Shown here piece after piece: positions 27,025 to 40,314 of a stretch of DNA of 64,000 nucleotides. Below the pieces are notes generated by a model. That model worked only from the letters and a program-made list of their open reading frames with translations. It did not search any database and was not told the origin of the DNA. The number at the start of each line of letters is the position of its first letter. Within the stretch, counting starts at the first letter, position 1. Both the position numbers and the translations under genes were made by a program. Origin of the DNA: Malacoraja senta. Its lineage: Eukaryota. The stretch lies in the NCBI GenBank assembly GCA_038087875.1, contig CM075990.1, positions 10,542,001 to 10,606,000 of the forward strand. The letters run 5' to 3'.

Positions 27025-27340
27025 TAGTTTAGTTTAGAGATACAGCGTGGATGCAGGCCCTTCGGCCCGCCGAGTCCGCACCACACCGACCAACGATCCC
27101 TGCATATTAACACTAGCCTACACACACTAGGGACACATTACACATAGACCAAGCCAATTTACCTACAAACCTGTATGTCTTTGGAGTGTGGGAGGAAACT
27201 GAAGATCTCAGAGAAAACCCATGCGGTCACGGGGGGAACGTACAAACTCCGTACAGACAGCAGCCGTAGTTGGGATCAAACCCAGGTCTCCGGCGCTGCA
27301 AGCGCTGTAAGGCAGCAACTCTCCCGCTGCGCCACTGTGG
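27025..27340 (-). mobile_element. tRNA-type SINE with CR1-like tail
   Basis: Reverse complement of the SINE at 48748-49060. Confidence 0.85.
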
Positions 27341-28394
27341 CCACCCTCTAATCCAGACAGCATTCTGGTAAACCACTCCCTCCAAATCCTCCACATCCTT
27401 CTTGTAATGTCATTTAAATTCAATTATTCTTTTCTTGGTCAGTTGACTGAAAGTATGGAGGATTTCTGTTCATTTGATATGGTGAACACTGTCAACTTGC
27501 TGAATATTTGAAATAATTGTGCAAAACACTAAAATGAGGCAGCATGTATGGCAAACAAAACAATTAGCATTTCTGTTCAATGACCTTTCAGAGGGTCTTT
27601 GACCTGAAACATATTAGTATGTTTTAGTTTCCCCACATATGCTCCCTGAGTTGCCTGCATTTTCTGATTTATTGCAGTTAGGTTTTCTTAAGTCCAGCCA
27701 TTTTACATGGTTTTCTGATGGAAGAGACAACCAAATATGCAAATGGTTGGCTCTAGAGATTAACAATAAAAAAGTTTATCAATGTAGAATAGTAATAGAT
27801 TTCCCATTAAAAGATCTATAAGACCAGCTCTTGTGAATTGGTCTGAGACTGGGTATGCCAGAAAATTTAGTGGATAAATGTTATGCATCCCATATTCCAA
27901 CTGCATATAAAAACCTCATTCCATCTCCTTGTGTTTCACCTAACTCCCAAGTATATTATAAATATTTAATTTCTAAGGAATTGAGGTATAAAAGTACAAA
28001 CGATTACATAGAATTTGAAGTTGCTGGAAACACTGGGCAGGTCAGTAGATTTGTGGAAAGAGAAACCGAGTCAATGATCTTCAATTGGAACTCTACATTA
28101 AGTAGCAGGGTCTGTTTGTAACAAAGGTCTTCAGCATTTTTATGAAACCATAATATCAGAGTAACTGCATGAAATTCCATCCAGTTATTTGCTGGTCATG
28201 GGAAATCCTAATTATATTAGCAATGCTGGAAAATAATGTTTACATTGAGATGCATTATTAAAAGAAAGTCAGACACTGTGAGAACATTAAACATACTTAC
28301 ATGTATCCCATCTGGAAGTGCCTGATCTAATTGCAGTCGACATAACACAACCTGGAAATGGTGTTGGAAACATAAGGTACTACAGTACGTTACT

Positions 28395-30685
28395 CTTGCC
28401 TTGGGCAAGAGTGACCATAATATGGTTGAGTTCTTCATTAGGATGGAGAGTGACATTGTTAATTCAGAAACAACGGTTCTGAACTTAAAGAAAGGTAACT
28501 TTGAGGGTATGAGACGTGAATTGGCCAAGATTGACTGACAATTAGTTCTAAAAGGGTTGACGGTGGATATGCAATGGAAGGCATTTAAAGACTGCATGGA
28601 TGAACTACAAAAATTGTTCATCCCAGTTTGGCAAAAGAATAAATCAGGGAAGGTAGTGCATCCGTGGATAACAAGGGAAATCAGGGATAGTATCAAAGCA
28701 AAAGATGATGCGTACAAATTAGCCAGAAAAAGCAGCATACCAGAGGACTGGGAGAAATTCAGAGACCAGCAGAGGAGGACAAAGGGCTTAATTAGGAAAA
28801 GGAAAATAGATTATGAAAGGAAACTGGCAGGGAACATATAAACTGACTGCAAAAGTTTTTATAGATATGTGAAGAGAAAGAGATTAGTTAAAACAAATGT
28901 AGGTCCCTTGCAGTCAGAAACAGGTGAATTGATCATGGGGAACAAGGATATGGCAGACCAATTGAATAACTACTTTGGTTCCATCTTCACTAAGGAAGAC
29001 ATAAATAATCTGCCGGAAATAGCAGGGGGCCGCGGGTCAAAGGAGATGGAGGAACTGAGTGAAATCCAGGTTAGTCGGGAAGTGGTGTTGGGTAAATTGA
29101 ATGGATTAAAGGCCGATAACTCACCAGGGCCAGATAGGCTGCATCCCAGAGTACTTAAGGAAGTAGCTCCAGAAATAGTGGATGCATTAATGATAATTTT
29201 TCAAAACTCTTTAGATTCTGGAGTAGTTCCTGAGGAATGGAGGGTAGCAAATGTAACCCCACTTTTTAAGAAGGGAGGGAGAGAGAAAACGGGGAATTAC
29301 AGACCAGTTAGTCTAACATCGGTAGTGGGGAAACTGCTAGAGTCAGTTATTAAAGATGGGATAGCAGCACATTTGGAAAGTGGTGAAATCATTGGACAAA
29401 GTCAGCATGGATTTACGAAAGGTAAATCGTGTCTGACGAATCTTATAGAATTTTTCGAGGATGTAACTAGTAGAGTGGATAGGGGAGAACCAGTGGATGT
29501 GTTGTATCTGGACTTTCAGAAGGCTTTCGACAAGATACCACATAAGAGATTAGTATACAAACTTAAAGCACACGGTATTGGGGGTTCAGTATTGATGTGG
29601 ATAGAGAACTGGCTGGCAAACAGGAAGCAAAGAGTAGGAGTAAACGGGTCCTTTTCACAATGGCAGGCAGTGACTAGTGGGGTACCACAAGGCTCAGTGC
29701 TGGGACCCCAGCTATTTACAATTTATATTAATGATCTGGATGAGGGAATTGAAGGCAACATCTCCAAGTTTGCGGATGACACTAAGCTGGGGGGCAGTGT
29801 TAGCTGTGAGGAGGATGCTAGGAGACTGCAAGGTGACTTGGATAGGCTGGGTGAGTGGGCAAATGTTTGGCAGATGCAGTATAATGTGGATAAATGTGAG
29901 GTTATCCACTTTGGTGGCAAAAACAGGAAAGCAGACTATTATCTAAATGGTGGCCGATTAGGAAATGGGGAGATGCAGCGAGACCTGGGTGTCATGGTAC
30001 ACCAGTCATTGAAAGTAGGCATGCAGGTGCAGCAGGCAGTGAAGAAAGCGAATGGTATGTTAGCTTTCATAGCAAAAGGATTTGAGTATAGGAGCAGGGA
30101 GGTTCTGCTGCAGTTGTACAGGGTCTTGGTGAGACCACACCTTGAGTATTGCGTACAGTTTAGGTCTCCAAATCTGAGGAAGGACATTATAGCCATAGAG
30201 GGAGTGCAGAGAAGGTTCACCAGACTGATTCCTGGGATGTCAGCACTTTCATATGAAGAAAGACTGGATAGACTTGGCTTATACTCGCTAGAATTTAGGA
30301 GATTGAGAGGGGATCTTATAGAAACGTACAAAATTCTTATGGGGTTGGACAGGCTAGATGCAGGAAGATTGTTCCCGATGTTGGGGAAGTCCAGGACAAG
30401 GGGTCACAGCTTAAGGATAAGGGGGAAATCCTTTTCACACAGAGAGTGATGAATCTCTGGAACTCTCTGCCACAGAGGGTAGTTGAGGCCAGTTCATTGG
30501 CTATATTTAAGAGGGAGTTAGAAGTGGCCCTTGTGGCTAAGGGGATCAGGGGGTATGGAGAGAAGGCAGGTACGGGATACTGAGTTGGATGATCAGCCAT
30601 GATCATATTGAATGGCGGTGCAGGCTCGAAGGGCCGAATGGCCTACTCCTGCACCTATTTTCTATGTATCTATGTATCTATGTAT
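28395..30685 (+). mobile_element. CR1 LINE, 5'-truncated, young
   Basis: SDHN endonuclease remnant, RT ORF, 3' UTR and (TCTATGTA)n tail; premature stops before 28869 and a small deletion near 30430. Confidence 0.95.
28869..30449 (+). CDS. CR1 ORF2 reverse transcriptase portion (526 aa, truncated)
   Basis: NYRPVSLTS, YLDFQKAFD, GVPQGSVLGP, FADD motifs. Confidence 0.9.
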   Translation: MKRKRLVKTNVGPLQSETGELIMGNKDMADQLNNYFGSIFTKEDINNLPEIAGGRGSKEMEELSEIQVSREVVLGKLNGLKADNSPGPDRLHPRVLKEVAPEIVDALMIIFQNSLDSGVVPEEWRVANVTPLFKKGGREKTGNYRPVSLTSVVGKLLESVIKDGIAAHLESGEIIGQSQHGFTKGKSCLTNLIEFFEDVTSRVDRGEPVDVLYLDFQKAFDKIPHKRLVYKLKAHGIGGSVLMWIENWLANRKQRVGVNGSFSQWQAVTSGVPQGSVLGPQLFTIYINDLDEGIEGNISKFADDTKLGGSVSCEEDARRLQGDLDRLGEWANVWQMQYNVDKCEVIHFGGKNRKADYYLNGGRLGNGEMQRDLGVMVHQSLKVGMQVQQAVKKANGMLAFIAKGFEYRSREVLLQLYRVLVRPHLEYCVQFRSPNLRKDIIAIEGVQRRFTRLIPGMSALSYEERLDRLGLYSLEFRRLRGDLIETYKILMGLDRLDAGRLFPMLGKSRTRGHSLRIRGKSFSHRE

Positions 30686-31004
30686 CCATTTTCTATCGCG
30701 CAACTGAAAAAAGAGGTAATATGCAACCTAACCTCTCAGTTAAACTTCTTAAAGATCTTTTAGAGAGGTGCTGGAAAATGTTCCTCCTGGCTAAAAAGCC
30801 TATAACAAAGGTTCAAAGCTTCAAATCATGAGGTCCTTTTTGGACTGATACAAGAAAGATTTCTTCATCTGAAACATTGGTCAATCAGATTGCTGTAGAT
30901 GTGGACTGTGATAGATTTTTGGATTATAAAATTAAAAATATGAGTAATGAAAATAAGTGAAGATACAAGATGCCCTAACATCAAATACATAAACAAATTT
31001 TCAA

Positions 31005-32555
31005 CCTCTCACTTCTGAGGTCTGAGGTTCCCACCTGCTTCAAAAGGGCATCAATCATACCAGTGCCCAAGAAGAGCAAGGTGACGTGCCTCAATGACGA
31101 TCGACCTGTGGCACTAACGCCTGTGGTGATTAAGTGCTTTGAGAGGTTGATCATGGTGCAAATCAACTCCTACCTCGACAAAAACCTGGACCCACTGCAG
31201 TTCACTTACCGCCACAACAGATCAACGGTGGATGCGATCTCGCTGGCCCTCCACTCCGCTCTGGACCACTTGGACAACAAAAACTCATATGTCAGGCTGT
31301 TATTCATCGATTACAGCCTGGCATTTAATACAATCATCCCCTCCAAACTCGCAGAACTGGGTATCTGCGCATCCCTCTGCAATTGGATCCTTGACTTCCT
31401 CATTCTCAGACCACAGTCTGTTCGTATTGGTGGAAATGTGTCAGACTCGATAACAATCAGCACGGGAGCACCTCAAGGCTGCGTGCTCAGCCCCCTGCAG
31501 TACTCACTCTATACTCATGACTGCGTAGCCGGTCATAGTGCGAACTCGATCATCAAGTTCGCTGACGACACCACGGTTGTGGGACGTATCACTGATGGGG
31601 ATGAGTCAGAGTACAGAAGAGAGATCAAGCAACTGTCCACATGGTGCCAGCACAATAACCTGGCCCTCAACACCAGCAAAACCAAGGAACTGATTGTGGA
31701 CTTTGGAAGGAGTAGGATGGGGACCCACAGTCCCGTTTATATCAATGGGTCGATGGTTGAAAGGGTCAAGAGCTTCAAATTCCTGGGCGTGCACATCTCT
31801 GAAGATCTTTCCTGGTCCGAGAACACTGATGCTACTATTAAGAAAGCACATCAGCGCTTCTACTTCCTGAGAAGATTACGGAGAGTCGGTTTGTCAAGGA
31901 GGACTCTCTCTAACTTCTACAGGTGCACAGTAGAGAGCGTGCTGACCGGTTGCATCATGGCTTGGTTCGGCAACTTGAGCGCCCTGGAGAGGAAAAGACT
32001 ACAAAGAGTAGTAAACACTGCCCAGTCCATCATCGGCTCTGACCTCCCTTCCATCGCTGCCTCAAAAAGGCTGGCAGTAGCATCAAGGACCCACACCATC
32101 CTGGCCACACACTCATCTCCCTGCTACCTTCAGGTAGAAGGTACAGGAGCCTGAAGACTGCAATGACCAGGTTCAGGAATAGCTACTTCCCCACAGCCAT
32201 CAGGCTATTAAACTTGGCTCGGACAAAACTATGAACATTAATATCCCATTATCTGTTATTTGCACTTTATCAGTTTATTTATTTATTCATGTATGTATAT
32301 ATTTATATAATGATATATGGACACACTGATCTGATTTGTAGTCAATGCCTTCTATGTTCTGTTGAACATAGAACATAGCAGTCTGAAGAAGGGTTTTGGC
32401 CCGAAACGTTGCCTATTTCCTTCGCTCCATAGATGCTGCTGCACCCGCTGAGTTTCTCCAGCATTTTTGTGTGCCTTCTATGTTCTGTTGTGCTGAAGCA
32501 AAGCAAGAATTTCATTGTCCTATGACACATGACAATAAACTCACTTGAACTTGAA
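31005..32555 (+). mobile_element. Rex1/Babar LINE, 5'-truncated (RT ORF 31063-32154), with a nested Penelope-derived element at ~32380-32472
   Basis: [33 protein letters not shown]; nested element flanked by the TGCCTTCTATGTTCTGTTG duplication. Confidence 0.92.
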
Positions 32556-35500
32556 ATGCCTAATTTTCCTGCTGAAGAATCTCCTAAAATCTTTCCTTTC
32601 TATGCCGCAGTGATTGTATGAGGATCAAGGCCATAGACTTTACCATAAAGATGACCACTATGACCAAGATGGTAACAGGTGAAAACTTTATTATTTTTTT
32701 AGTTGATGTATTTCATGTTCAAATAACCTGTTGGGGTCATCAAAAGGGAAAACAATACTTATAGTCAAGATCCTTCAGAGAGAAGAGGAAGCAGCTGTGG
32801 AAAGAATGATCATGTTAGGCATAAAAATGACACAAAGTGCTGGAGTAACTCAACGGGTCAGGCAGCATCCCTGGAGAACATGGATAGGTGAGTGAAAGGG
32901 GTGAACATGGTTTGCGATGGAGATAAGATGCAGGTGAAGTCATTCAATTGATAAGTTGAAGATGGAAGTCAGAGAGAGACAGAATGAACAAGGTTCAGAG
33001 TTCTATAAATATGTGTGCTTAGAAAAGTAGAATTTCTTCAGAATAATTAATATTTTTCATCCCAAGTATTTGCTTGCATTACTTGTTTTGGGAGACTAAA
33101 GCTATTAAAAGAATATTCTTCTTAAACTCGATGTTATTAGAATTACAAGACCTTTTGACAGTTAGCACAAAAATACTACTAAATATCACTTCTCCCAAAT
33201 ATGGTGGGGAAAGATTCAGTGGTAAACATGGTTTGTCTGGTACACAATAAATAATCTATTCAATACCACAAGATGATTATCAAGAGTTTCAAGATGTTGA
33301 CTGAGAAAGAACTAAAATTAATTTGCCATTTCTATCATTTACACGTTTCATACCTTCTCACCTTTAGCCTTTATTAGCCACTTATTGTGTGAATTGACTT
33401 TGATCACTGCTTCATGGAAAAAAGAATCCTGATGTATTAATTATTAAACATGTCAAAACGCTCGCATCCATCTGAATAACGGAAGAGTTCATACTTTCAA
33501 AGAGATATGTTCTTCTATACTAATGTCAAGACCCTCCACATGTTGCATCCGGACAGATATATAAAAAAGGCAGTGTCTGAAAACTACTTTTTAATGCAGG
33601 AAGGTGATTAATAGTAATAAAAATGTCTCCATCTGTTTGTGCTTTTCCCAGGTGAGCTGAGCTCCTGGAATTCCTTTCCTTTTCCTTTAATTCATTAATC
33701 ACTGAAATGTTCAATTCAACTGCTTAATCTAGCAAAAACACGAGCACCATTTGTTTAGTATCAAGCACTGTGGCATTGCTTCATATTTCTTCCTCAGCCT
33801 GTTAAAATCTCTTGTTCCGTCAGTCATGGTTCTTAACTTATAACAATAAAGCATGCATGCAGCTTTTGGACAGTGCTCAACTCTTCTCTTATTTCAGTTT
33901 TTTTTAATGTATCTGCATTACCACATAGCTTCAACTGCAGCTGTTCTATCCTGTTTTATACACAGCATACCCAGTATAACTTGCAACACATTGTTCTACC
34001 TTGGATTTGTTCACTTCTATGGTGGTTAATTTATTATATTGAGCAATAGGTTTGTGCCATCGCCTACATTTTATTGTGGTTCTGCTCTCAAATTTACAAT
34101 GGACACTGGGAAAAGTTTCATGGAAATATACTCCTACATTTGCTTTAGTTAGGAATATTAGCAAATAAAAGTTTTGCTTCGTACCAGTTGAATAGGTTAG
34201 GTATAATAATAGATATCATAAGGTATATGTTTGTAAAGACTGGGCACATTTTCTACCATGCAACCTCTCAATGTTTAAGTCATAAATTCTAAGGTTCCAC
34301 ACCCCCTCTTCACTCAAACATACCAAGAAGAATGAATGCTAAACGGATCTGAACATATTCACAGACTTATGTTTGAAGGATAAATCATGCCCCCAAGTGA
34401 CTCCATCAAAAGAATAACTTGGATTGATTGCATGCTTCGTGACAGATCCAACAGCAGGTCTCTGTTGGATTCCCAAGAGGCTGACACATAAGGAATGCCC
34501 ATTCCCGTCTGGGTTCTATTGTTGCTATCTAAACAGGTGGCAAAACGCATACACATCCCGATTTTACCTTGGGATGGTAGAAGTGCAGACAAGGGCGGAA
34601 AAGGCCAGCAAAGGGCGCCTAACTCACTATGAAATATCCCATCAGTCTCCTCCCCAAAACTAATGACGATTTTCTTGGGAAATAAAATGTAGGACGACTG
34701 TGGTTTTCAAGAAGGACTGGTCCTTAGCACTTAAGTCATCACCAGGAAATTTACATAATTGGATGAAGGGAGAATAAATTAAATAATTTAAAAATTCTGG
34801 AAAGACGTTAAAAAAACACTTTGAAATTAGCAGATTCTATAGCCAATCTTCCCAGCCTTTGGAATGGTTATATCATTCTGTTAAAAGCTGATTTTTGCTC
34901 CATTTGAACTTTCTTACCCCAACCCCTAGATTCTCACCTTTCTTTGTTTTATACGCCAGTGTTCAATTATTCTCGCTCATTGTACCTTTGAATATATTTA
35001 CATTAAAAGAAGCTGTGTACATTTTACACGTATATTTTGAACCAATATACAGTATCAGCAGAAATGTAAAATCACAACAGAAAATTTGGGAAATACTTAG
35101 CCGATTTGGCTGCTTCTTTGGGAGGAGAAACAGGACCGATGTTTCAGTGTGTTTGCCAGTTCTGCACATATCCAACATTTTCTATTTTTATTTAGATTTC
35201 CAGCATTTACCCAATTCTCTGAGTAGAAATCTATTGAAAAGTTAGCACTGCTCTATCAAATGAAGATAATGCAAATCATATGTCTCCTTTAAAAACTACT
35301 TGTAAAACAAACAGCACAAGATTTTAAAGTGCTCTCTGATTAAATAAATGTGTGTATATCAAATTTAAATTCCTGTACATGCCCTTATATTCTTTTGAAA
35401 TTTGACGTGTTAAATCATAAACAAATATTTTCCCAAAAGCCTCCAGCTTCAAATGGTAACAATTTTAACAGCTCCTCGGGGTTATTTGTACATTTTAATG

Positions 35501-35589
35501 CTTACACTAACGAGAATAAATCATTGAGATCCTTAAGCCTTTGTCACAATTAAGCTGAGTCATAAATGTGCCTCCACTTTTTTTTATTC

Positions 35590-36180
35590 ACTATCAAGAG
35601 TGTTTATTGGTAATGTGCACTGCATATGAATGGGAACAATTGAATTCTGACTTGCTGTAGTATTACAGTGTACATTAAATACAACAATAATAAATATACA
35701 ATAAATTATCAGTTAATGTGAGGAAGCTAGACCATGATAGTGCAATAACCAAAAAAGTACATCAAGCAATCTTAGTATGCAAATCCATAGTGGTTCAATT
35801 GGATTGAAATGGTTGACATAGGGTTGGAGTTTGCATTATTTAGGGTAGTTCAAGAACCTGATGGTTAATGGGAAGTAGCAGTTCATGAACCTGAAAGTAA
35901 CTTTTCTCAAGCTCTGTGCCTCCTTCCTGATTCTGGTAGCAAGGGGAGAAGAATGGCCAAGGTGATGTTAGTCTTTAATGAGATGAGCAGTCTTCCTGAC
36001 ACAACACTTCCTGCAGATCCCTTCAACAGTGGGGAGGTCAGTTGCTGTGATGAGATGAGCAATGTCCACCACATTCTGAAGCCTCCTCCGTTCTTGAGCA
36101 TTTGAACTTCTCAGCAACATGCCATAAATTCTCAAACTTCTGAGGAAGTAGATAATCATGCACAAGGTGATTGCAATAGT
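35590..36180 (-). mobile_element. Old Rex1-type LINE 3' fragment
   Basis: ERRRLQNVVDIAHLITATDLPTVEGI in ORF 35968..36183. Confidence 0.7.
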
Positions 36181-36470
36181 CAAGTCAAGTCAAGTCAAGT
36201 CACATTTATTTATATAGCACATTTAAAAAACAACTCTCGTTGGCCAAAGTGCTTTGCATTTGTTATAAGAATAGTATAAACAAACAAACTACATACATAT
36301 ATACATATAGCCCTCGCTCAGAGGACGTCAAGAAAGGCTTGGGAGTATAGATACGTTTTTGGTCTTGACTTAAAGGAGTCGATGGAGGGGGCAGTTCTGA
36401 TGGGAAAGGGGATGCTGTTCCACAGTCTAGAAGCTGCAACCGCAAAGGCGCGGTCGCCCCTGAGCTTATG
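36178..36470 (-). mobile_element. Non-LTR (L2-like) 3' end with (TTGAC)n tail
   Basis: GATAPLRLQLLDCGTASP / APRLWNSIP-type C-terminus; tandem CAAGT tail. Confidence 0.6.
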
Positions 36471-36686
36471 TAATAGCTAAGAGCTAAATGCATAGGTTCC
36501 ATTTTAGCACATGAATTTAGGATGTAGATTTTTTGGCTATTTGATTGTGGGACATTGTGGCTATATTATACATATATTTATCACATCAAAAAGAGATAAA
36601 TCTAAGTTTAAGGTCTTAGCATCTTCATTCTAACTTTTGTAGGGGATGAAATAGATTTATGTGTAAGCTGGCATCCAATTTCTTTT

Positions 36687-37862
36687 ATGGTGTTGGGTAG
36701 ACTGATGGGACAGAAGGCTGATAAATCCCCAGGGCCTGATGGTCTGCATCCCAGGGTAATCAAGGAGGTGGTTATAGAAATTGTGGACGTATTGGTGATC
36801 ATTTTCCAATGTTCTATAGATACTGGATCAGTTCCTGTGGATTGGAGGGTAGCTAATGTTAACCTACTTTTTAAGAAATGAGGGAGAGAGAACGTAGGGA
36901 ATTATCGACCAGTTAGACTGACATCGGTGGTGGGGAAGATGCTGGAGTCAATTAGTAAAGATGTAATAGCTACGCATTTAGATAGCAGTAACAGGATCGG
37001 TCCAAGTCAGCATGGATTTACGAAGGGGAAATCTTGCTTGACTAATCTTCTGGGATTTTTTGAGGATGTAACAAGTAAAATGGATAAGGGAGAGCCAGTG
37101 GATGTAGTGTATCTGGATTTCAGAAAGCCTTTGATAAGGTCCCACACAGGAGATTAGTGGGTAAAATGTGAGCACATGGTATGGGGTTAGGGTATTGACA
37201 TGGATAGAAAATTGGTTGGCAGACAGGAAACAAAGAGTAGGAATTCACGGGTCCCTTTCAGAATGGCAGGTAGTGACCAGTGGGGTGCTGCAAGGCTCGG
37301 TGCTGGGACTGCAGCTATTTACAATATATATTAATGATTTAGATGAAGGAATTAAAAGTAACATTAGCAAATTTGCAGATGACACAAAGCTGGGTGGGAG
37401 TGTGAATTGTGAAAAGGATGCTATGAGGATGCAGGGTGACCTGGATAGGTTGGGTGAGTGGGCAGATGCATGGCAGATGTAGTATAATGTGGATACATGT
37501 GAAGTTATCCACTTTGGTGGCAAGAACAAGAAGGCAGATTATTATCTGAATGGTGTCAGATTAGGAAAAGGGGAAGCGCAACGAGAACTGGGTGTCCTTG
37601 TACATCAGTCACTGAAAGTAAGCATGCAGGTACAGCAGGCAATGAAGAAAGCTAATGGCATGTTGACCTTCATAATGAGAGGATTTGAGTAGAGGAGCAA
37701 AGAGGTCCTTCTGCAGTTGTACAGGGCTCTGGTGAGACCATACCTGGAGTATTGTGTGCAGTTTTGGTCTCCAAATTTGAGGAAGGACATTCTTGCTATT
37801 GAGGGAGTGCAGCGTAGGTTCACGACGTTAAATCCCAGGATGGCGGGACTGTCATATAATGA
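36687..37862 (+). mobile_element. Degenerate CR1 RT fragment
   Basis: Five short ORFs collinear with the 28869 RT (SPGPDGLHPRV, QHGFTKGKSCLTN, FADD), with stops and frameshifts. Confidence 0.92.
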
Positions 37863-40314
37863 CAGTTTCCACTTATCTTACAGCCACAGAAAATTAATAC
37901 ACGTGAAAAGCATACATATAATATCAATACCATTTTCAGTTCAGTTTCAGTTTAGTTTATTGTCACGTGCACCAAGGTGCAATGAAAAGCTTTTGTTGCT
38001 TTCGAACCAGTCAGCGGACTGGTGCGTGCTACCAGTTGAAATGATTACAATTTTTAAAAAGTGGGGTCTTCTAGATGATTTACAATGGTCAGTTCTTATG
38101 GTGTGCATATTTACATAATGTTCCAAAATATGCAGCTTTGCTTCATATTATAGATGTCACTTCATTATGATTTACATTTTTCACTGTAATTGTCGTTGGC
38201 AAAATGCCATCTTCTATTATTCAAAAAGTAAAACACAGGGGAATGAATATCCCAACGAATTATGAATTTGTATGTCCAGGGAGTTGTTTTGAAATTAGAC
38301 TGATTGTTTAGCTAGACAGATGTAGATAAAGTCTTTTTGTATTTCATACATGTATAATCTTTGTCTAATATGTATTTTAATGCATCTGCTTCACCTGTTC
38401 TTTCTTGCAATAATATATGTTTCTTCCTGTTGTTCTCTTGGTTGTTGCCAAATTTCAAAAATGTCTTATTTATATTAAAGCTAAACACCAAAAAACTTAG
38501 CAGAGGATAGTCTCTCTCCAATATATATATTTGATAAACCTCTTTAATATAATAATGCTAAATTAATCCTTCCTTTGGTAAATTTTAATTCTGCACTTAT
38601 CTTTGTCACTCTCTCTAGCTTTAATCATGTTTCCTGATATACCTTTCTTCTCTCAGCTAAGAAGTAAATCTTACCCATGTTGTTTGTTAACATGTCTAAC
38701 ATAATGCCTTTCTGACACCACTGATATGAGTTAAAGCAACTCTATTCTCATCACCGAAGATAGACATGAAATGCTGTAGTAACTCAACGTGACAGGCAGC
38801 AGCTCTGGAGAGAAGAAATGGGTGACGTTTCAGGTCGAGACTCGTCTTCATACTGAAAGTCACGGGAAAAGAAAACGAGAGATATTTGTTTGATTTATTC
38901 GTTCTATATCTCTCTACATCATCGTCTTTATCTCTCGTTTCCCTTTCCCATGACTTTCTGTCTGAAGGGTCTCGACCCAAAACGCCACCCATTCCTTCTC
39001 TCCAGAGATGCTGTCTGTCCCGCTGAGTTACGCCACCATTTTGTGTCTATCTTCAGTTTTGTGGCATCTGCAGTTCCTTCCTACATTCTATTTATTCTCT
39101 TCACTCTTTTTATGGAAAAACTGTACCTAACTTGGGTTCCCTGCGAGTGGTAAACACATACTGTTAACTATATGATATGGTATATCTTTGAGAATCAATA
39201 TGGTAATGCCTCTCTTACACCCAAACAACTGTCTCCAGAAAGCCACATGTTGAAAATAATGAGGAAATATATGTAGGCAATTTCAATTAAAAAGTTCAAG
39301 TTAATGTAATACAGCACAAATGAACCACAATGTATCCAATTCCACTCACTTCACCTTACACCTGAGCTTACCTTTTATCTCTGTCCAAATGTGATTTTGA
39401 AACCATACATATAAAATTGAAGAGCAGAAAGGTCAGTCCACTAAACTTATTCATTTGTTCCTTGATGCCAGAAAAATAATAAAAGCACAAACTTAGAATC
39501 ACAGTGATCATCCTCAACAATCCAATTTACCATGTGACTGCATAGATTTCCCAAAGTAACCATTATTTGTATTATAATTTACTGAAGTATATAACACAAC
39601 TATGTTTTTCTGTTGTGTCGGAAGGAACTGCAGATGCTGATTATACACCGAAGATAGACACAAAATGCTGGAGTAACTCAGCGGGACAGGCAGTATCTCT
39701 GGGGAAAAGGAATTGGGTGACTTTGGGTCGAGCCCCTTCTTCAGACCCCTCTTCTCTTAACCCCTTACCTGACTGCAGCCCTTGTGCCAAGTATCTCTCC
39801 CCAAGCTACACATACTTTTCTTTTGTTTTCTGTCCTCTCAGTGCTAGTATCTGAAGCAGAGCTTTGCAATTCAGGAATTTCAGACACAATAATGCAGAGC
39901 CCCCTCCTTCCATCACCTTTTTCTGTTCCTGCTGTTTTTCCTCTTCTTTCTGGAATTATGTGTTGGGAGATGGGAATTGGATCTCAAGAAAACCTGCAAT
40001 GATAACTAGAAAAACACAAATTAACTATTTGCACAGTGTACAAGCAGGTTTGTGTAAATTAATAGAAAGATTAAACGAGAACTTACCATTTGAAGTTTGA
40101 TCTTTAAATCAGAGATTTGATTACTATGCATATCGTTGGCATCTTTTGTAAAGGAATCTTCCACAGTCCCTCTAATGAGCGGAAATTACCATGACGCCAC
40201 CAGGTGTAGCTCCCACAGGTGACTGATAGGCACAGCTCAAACAAGGCTTCCCAAGCCAGCTCTGGACTGCAATGGCAGGTCCAATTCCACTACACCGTTT
40301 TATTGGTGTAATTG

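Larger units (their letters stand above)
27420..34700 (-). pseudogene. L: L6: decayed mononegavirus-like L gene, split by CR1 and Rex1 LINEs (N-terminus may reach ~35500)
   Basis: SLYKHIPY (~34230); LKEKER (33673-33690, motif F); GLDIS (~33525, A); PLFRWMRAF (33456-33482, cf. PVFRVMGQF); G/EGMK (~33355, B); LDNHLVV (33264-33284, cf. GDNQVI); LLPS/LG...GLDP (32621-32678); SDFLL (~28265); YL*YTW (~27955); AY/SQT (~27850); SVLH(N)Y...STD (27440-27530). Confidence 0.75.

Noticed and set aside
28301..28351. 51-nt minus-strand candidate exon VVLCRLQLDQALPDGIH, possibly spliced to 40087-40171
   Set aside because: No known protein recognised; both segments fall within collinear L relics (L6, L7), and GTAAGT is frequent by chance.
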